DNA of 64,000 nucleotides. Source: SAR92 clade bacterium. Its GTDB lineage: Bacteria > Pseudomonadota > Gammaproteobacteria > Pseudomonadales > Porticoccaceae. Position 1 is the stretch's first letter; every line of letters begins with the position of its first letter. Made by a program: the position numbers and the translations under genes. The stretch is from the NCBI GenBank assembly GCA_042091915.1, contig JBELGO010000001.1:28824-92823 (forward strand), in the 5' to 3' direction. This document shows, piece by piece, positions 61,627 to 64,000 of this stretch. The notes under the pieces are model-generated. The model ran no database searches. It saw only the letters and a list, made by a program, of their open reading frames with translations, and was not told the DNA's origin.

Positions 61627-62987
61627 TGGCGGAGTGGATCCCACTGTTCATGTTCGTTTGTGTCTGTGTCACTCTGCTGCTCGGCTACCCAGTCGCACTG
61701 ACTCTCAGTGGTACAGCGCTACTTTTTGCAGCAGGCGGCTTGGCGAGTGGTTACTTTGATAGCGCTTATCTGCACGCGCTGCCGAGCCGAGTCTTTGGTG
61801 TCATGGAAAATACCACGCTCATTGCTGTACCGCTGTTTGTGTTGATGGGAGTGATGCTGGAAAAATCAAAACTGGCCGAGGAGCTGCTCGGTGCGATGAG
61901 TGAACTGCTCGGCGGCTTGCGCAGTGGGCTGCCGCTGTCAGTGTTAGTGGTCGGGACATTGTTGGCAGCTAGTACCGGTATCGTGGGTGCAACGGTTGTC
62001 ACTATGGGTTTGATGTCGCTGCCAAGCCTGCGCGCGCGCGGTTATAGCGATAGTGCGGCGACTGGCATGATCTGTGCCACAGGAACGCTGGGACAAATTA
62101 TTCCACCCTCAATAGCACTGGTACTGCTCGGTGATATTCTCTCAACCGCCTATCAGCAAGCCCAACTGAATATGGGCGTCTTTAACCCCAAGACGGTCTC
62201 TGTGGGTGATCTATTTGTCGGCGCGCTGCTGCCTGGGGCGGTGCTGGTATTGATGTATGGCCTCTACTTAACTGTATTTGTGCGCCCCGATAAGTCGGTG
62301 GCACTGCCGGCACCCAAATACCCCAGTTTGCCGCGACTACTGGCGACACTAGCCCCACCGATTATTTTAATTGCGGCAGTTTTGGGCTCGATATTGGCCG
62401 GCGCCGCCACACCAACTGAAGCCGCTGGTGTGGGTGCAGTCGGCGCCATGCTGCTGGCATTGGCCAAACGCCAGCTCGACTTTAAACGCTTAACTGAAGT
62501 GCTGCGCAGTACCGTCGAAGTGACGGCTATGGTATTTCTCATTTTAATCGGCGCAGCGCTGTTCTCATTGGTGTTTCGGGGCTTCGGTGGAGAAGAGTTA
62601 GTCAGTGGCTACTTCAATGCGATGCCCGGGGGCACAACGGGCGCGCTGCTAGTGGTGATGGTGGTCATTTTTTTACTCGGCTTTATCCTCGATTTTATCG
62701 AGATTACCTATGTGGTTATCCCCATTGTCGGGCCTATTTTGTTAGCCATGGGTGTCGACCCCATCTGGCTCGGCGTAATGGTGGCGATCAATTTGCAGAC
62801 CTCTTTTTTAACGCCACCGTTTGGCTTTGCACTGTTTTATCTGCGCGGTGTGGCGCCAGCGGATATTTCTACGCCGGCAATTTACCGCGGTGTTATGCCG
62901 TTTATCGCCATTCAACTGCTACTTCTAACGCTCCTGGCGGTATGGCCTGAGCTGGCGACCTGGCTGCCAAATTTAATCTACGCCTAA
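61626..62987 (+). CDS. TRAP transporter large permease (DctM)
   Basis: GTLGQIIPPS, ATPTEAA, FLTPPFG. Confidence 0.94.
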   Translation: MAEWIPLFMFVCVCVTLLLGYPVALTLSGTALLFAAGGLASGYFDSAYLHALPSRVFGVMENTTLIAVPLFVLMGVMLEKSKLAEELLGAMSELLGGLRSGLPLSVLVVGTLLAASTGIVGATVVTMGLMSLPSLRARGYSDSAATGMICATGTLGQIIPPSIALVLLGDILSTAYQQAQLNMGVFNPKTVSVGDLFVGALLPGAVLVLMYGLYLTVFVRPDKSVALPAPKYPSLPRLLATLAPPIILIAAVLGSILAGAATPTEAAGVGAVGAMLLALAKRQLDFKRLTEVLRSTVEVTAMVFLILIGAALFSLVFRGFGGEELVSGYFNAMPGGTTGALLVVMVVIFLLGFILDFIEITYVVIPIVGPILLAMGVDPIWLGVMVAINLQTSFLTPPFGFALFYLRGVAPADISTPAIYRGVMPFIAIQLLLLTLLAVWPELATWLPNLIYA

Positions 62988-62999
62988 TTAGAGGTTTAT

Positions 63000-63389
63000 A
63001 TGACTGACCAAGAACATCAGCCGAGAGGCGAGCTTCTACTGCAGACGGTAGCGATGCCCAAAGAGACCAACACCAACGGCGATATTTTTGGCGGCTGGCT
63101 ACTCAGCCAGATGGATATAGCGGGAGGAGTAATGGCCGAGCGGATTGCCAAAGGGCGCACGGCTACAGTAGCGATTTCGAGTATGTCGTTTTTGCGGCCG
63201 GTGCCTGTTGGCGGCATCATAAGCTGTTACGGGCAAGTGCTGTCGGTCGGCCGCAGCTCTATCAAACTAGCACTGGCGGTTTGGTGTCAACCGCGCGGCA
63301 GTGAGGAGCTACACCGTGTCACCGAGGGCGAATTTGTCTTTGTCGCCATTGACGAGAATGGCCACTCGCGACCGGTAGTGGGCGATTAA
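63000..63389 (+). CDS. Acyl-CoA thioesterase (YciA-like hotdog fold)
   Basis: NTNGDIFGGWLLSQMD, FVFVAID. Confidence 0.9.
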   Translation: MTDQEHQPRGELLLQTVAMPKETNTNGDIFGGWLLSQMDIAGGVMAERIAKGRTATVAISSMSFLRPVPVGGIISCYGQVLSVGRSSIKLALAVWCQPRGSEELHRVTEGEFVFVAIDENGHSRPVVGD

Positions 63390-64000
63390 ATTTTTATCGC
63401 GGCAAAGATTTTTTTGCGCAGTGTGTCCCTCTCATTAACCAGTTGATGCCCCGCACCGTCTATCAGAGTAATTGATGCAGCGCTGAAATGGCTTCGAAAG
63501 TGCACCAGATTGCTGCGCCAAGCGACCGTATTGTCGCGGTCACCCTGAATAATATTGACTGGGTGATCACAGTGGTGATGCTGAAAAACTCCTATCCAAT
63601 TTGCCATCGCTCTCAGCCATTGCAGCGGTATTACACGCGTCTGCAGCGGGTCTGCAGAGGATAAAAAGCGGTTGAACTGAGTGTCGCTGCTGTTGGGTTT
63701 AAATTTTCTGGGGATACTCTTTAGCCATGGCGACAGCCAGCGCAGTAGGTGGCGATTAAAGCGCCAGCCAGCAGGTTCAAACAGCGGTGCAAAGAGGTTG
63801 ACTGCCAGCCACGGTGATGGAGTCGCTGTGTTTTCCACTAAATGCTGTAACAGAATAGCGCCTCCGGTGCTTTGTCCAAAAGCGATAAGTGGTAAAGAGG
63901 GCCAACTCTTTTGAAGCTCAAGAACGGCTCTGAGCGCCAGCTGGTAGTGGTTGAAATCGGCTATCGATGCGCGTTCGCCACTGCTCAGGCCGTGCCCTGG
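63386..64000 (-). CDS. Alpha/beta hydrolase (lysophospholipase-like); 5' end outside window
   Basis: Frame stays open to the window edge: PGHGLSSGER...GQSTGG (nucleophile elbow)...QGDRDNTV...AGHQLVNE. Confidence 0.88.
   Translation of the reverse strand, partial: PGHGLSSGERASIADFNHYQLALRAVLELQKSWPSLPLIAFGQSTGGAILLQHLVENTATPSPWLAVNLFAPLFEPAGWRFNRHLLRWLSPWLKSIPRKFKPNSSDTQFNRFLSSADPLQTRVIPLQWLRAMANWIGVFQHHHCDHPVNIIQGDRDNTVAWRSNLVHFRSHFSAASITLIDGAGHQLVNERDTLRKKIFAAIKI

Overview
Replication-origin region of a marine-type gammaproteobacterium; gene content and protein style suggest Cellvibrionales/Pseudomonadales (inference). The window is almost all housekeeping genes. In order: aa3-type cytochrome c oxidase cluster, yrdA/aroE/hemF/tsaC/dprA, def-fmt-rsmB-trkAH, uvrD, glmSU, the full atp operon, parAB-rsmG-mnmG, rpmH-rnpA-yidD-yidC-mnmE, dnaA-dnaN-recF-gyrB, glyQS, lpxL, cysK, ubiCA and a TRAP transporter. 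A small accessory patch sits between uvrD and glmS. I see no rRNA, tRNA, CRISPR array, IS or integrase, and no clear-cut new multi-gene system. The most notable observations are: (1) ATP synthase subunit a carries a ~60-aa insertion that looks like an extra transmembrane hairpin; (2) the rpmH-mnmE block is inverted between two DnaA-box-bearing spacers, so rpmH is no longer divergent from dnaA; (3) an inferred ~45-kb origin-centred inversion split a dctP-dctQ-dctM operon; (4) an exported MsrA-thioredoxin-like-MsrB fusion; (5) an unannotated 42-aa membrane protein coupled to a doubly broken glycosyltransferase just after glmS; (6) two identical parS-like sites inside recF and exact IHF consensus sites right after the dnaA and gyrB stop codons. 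Comparisons with other genomes are from memory of model organisms, not database searches.
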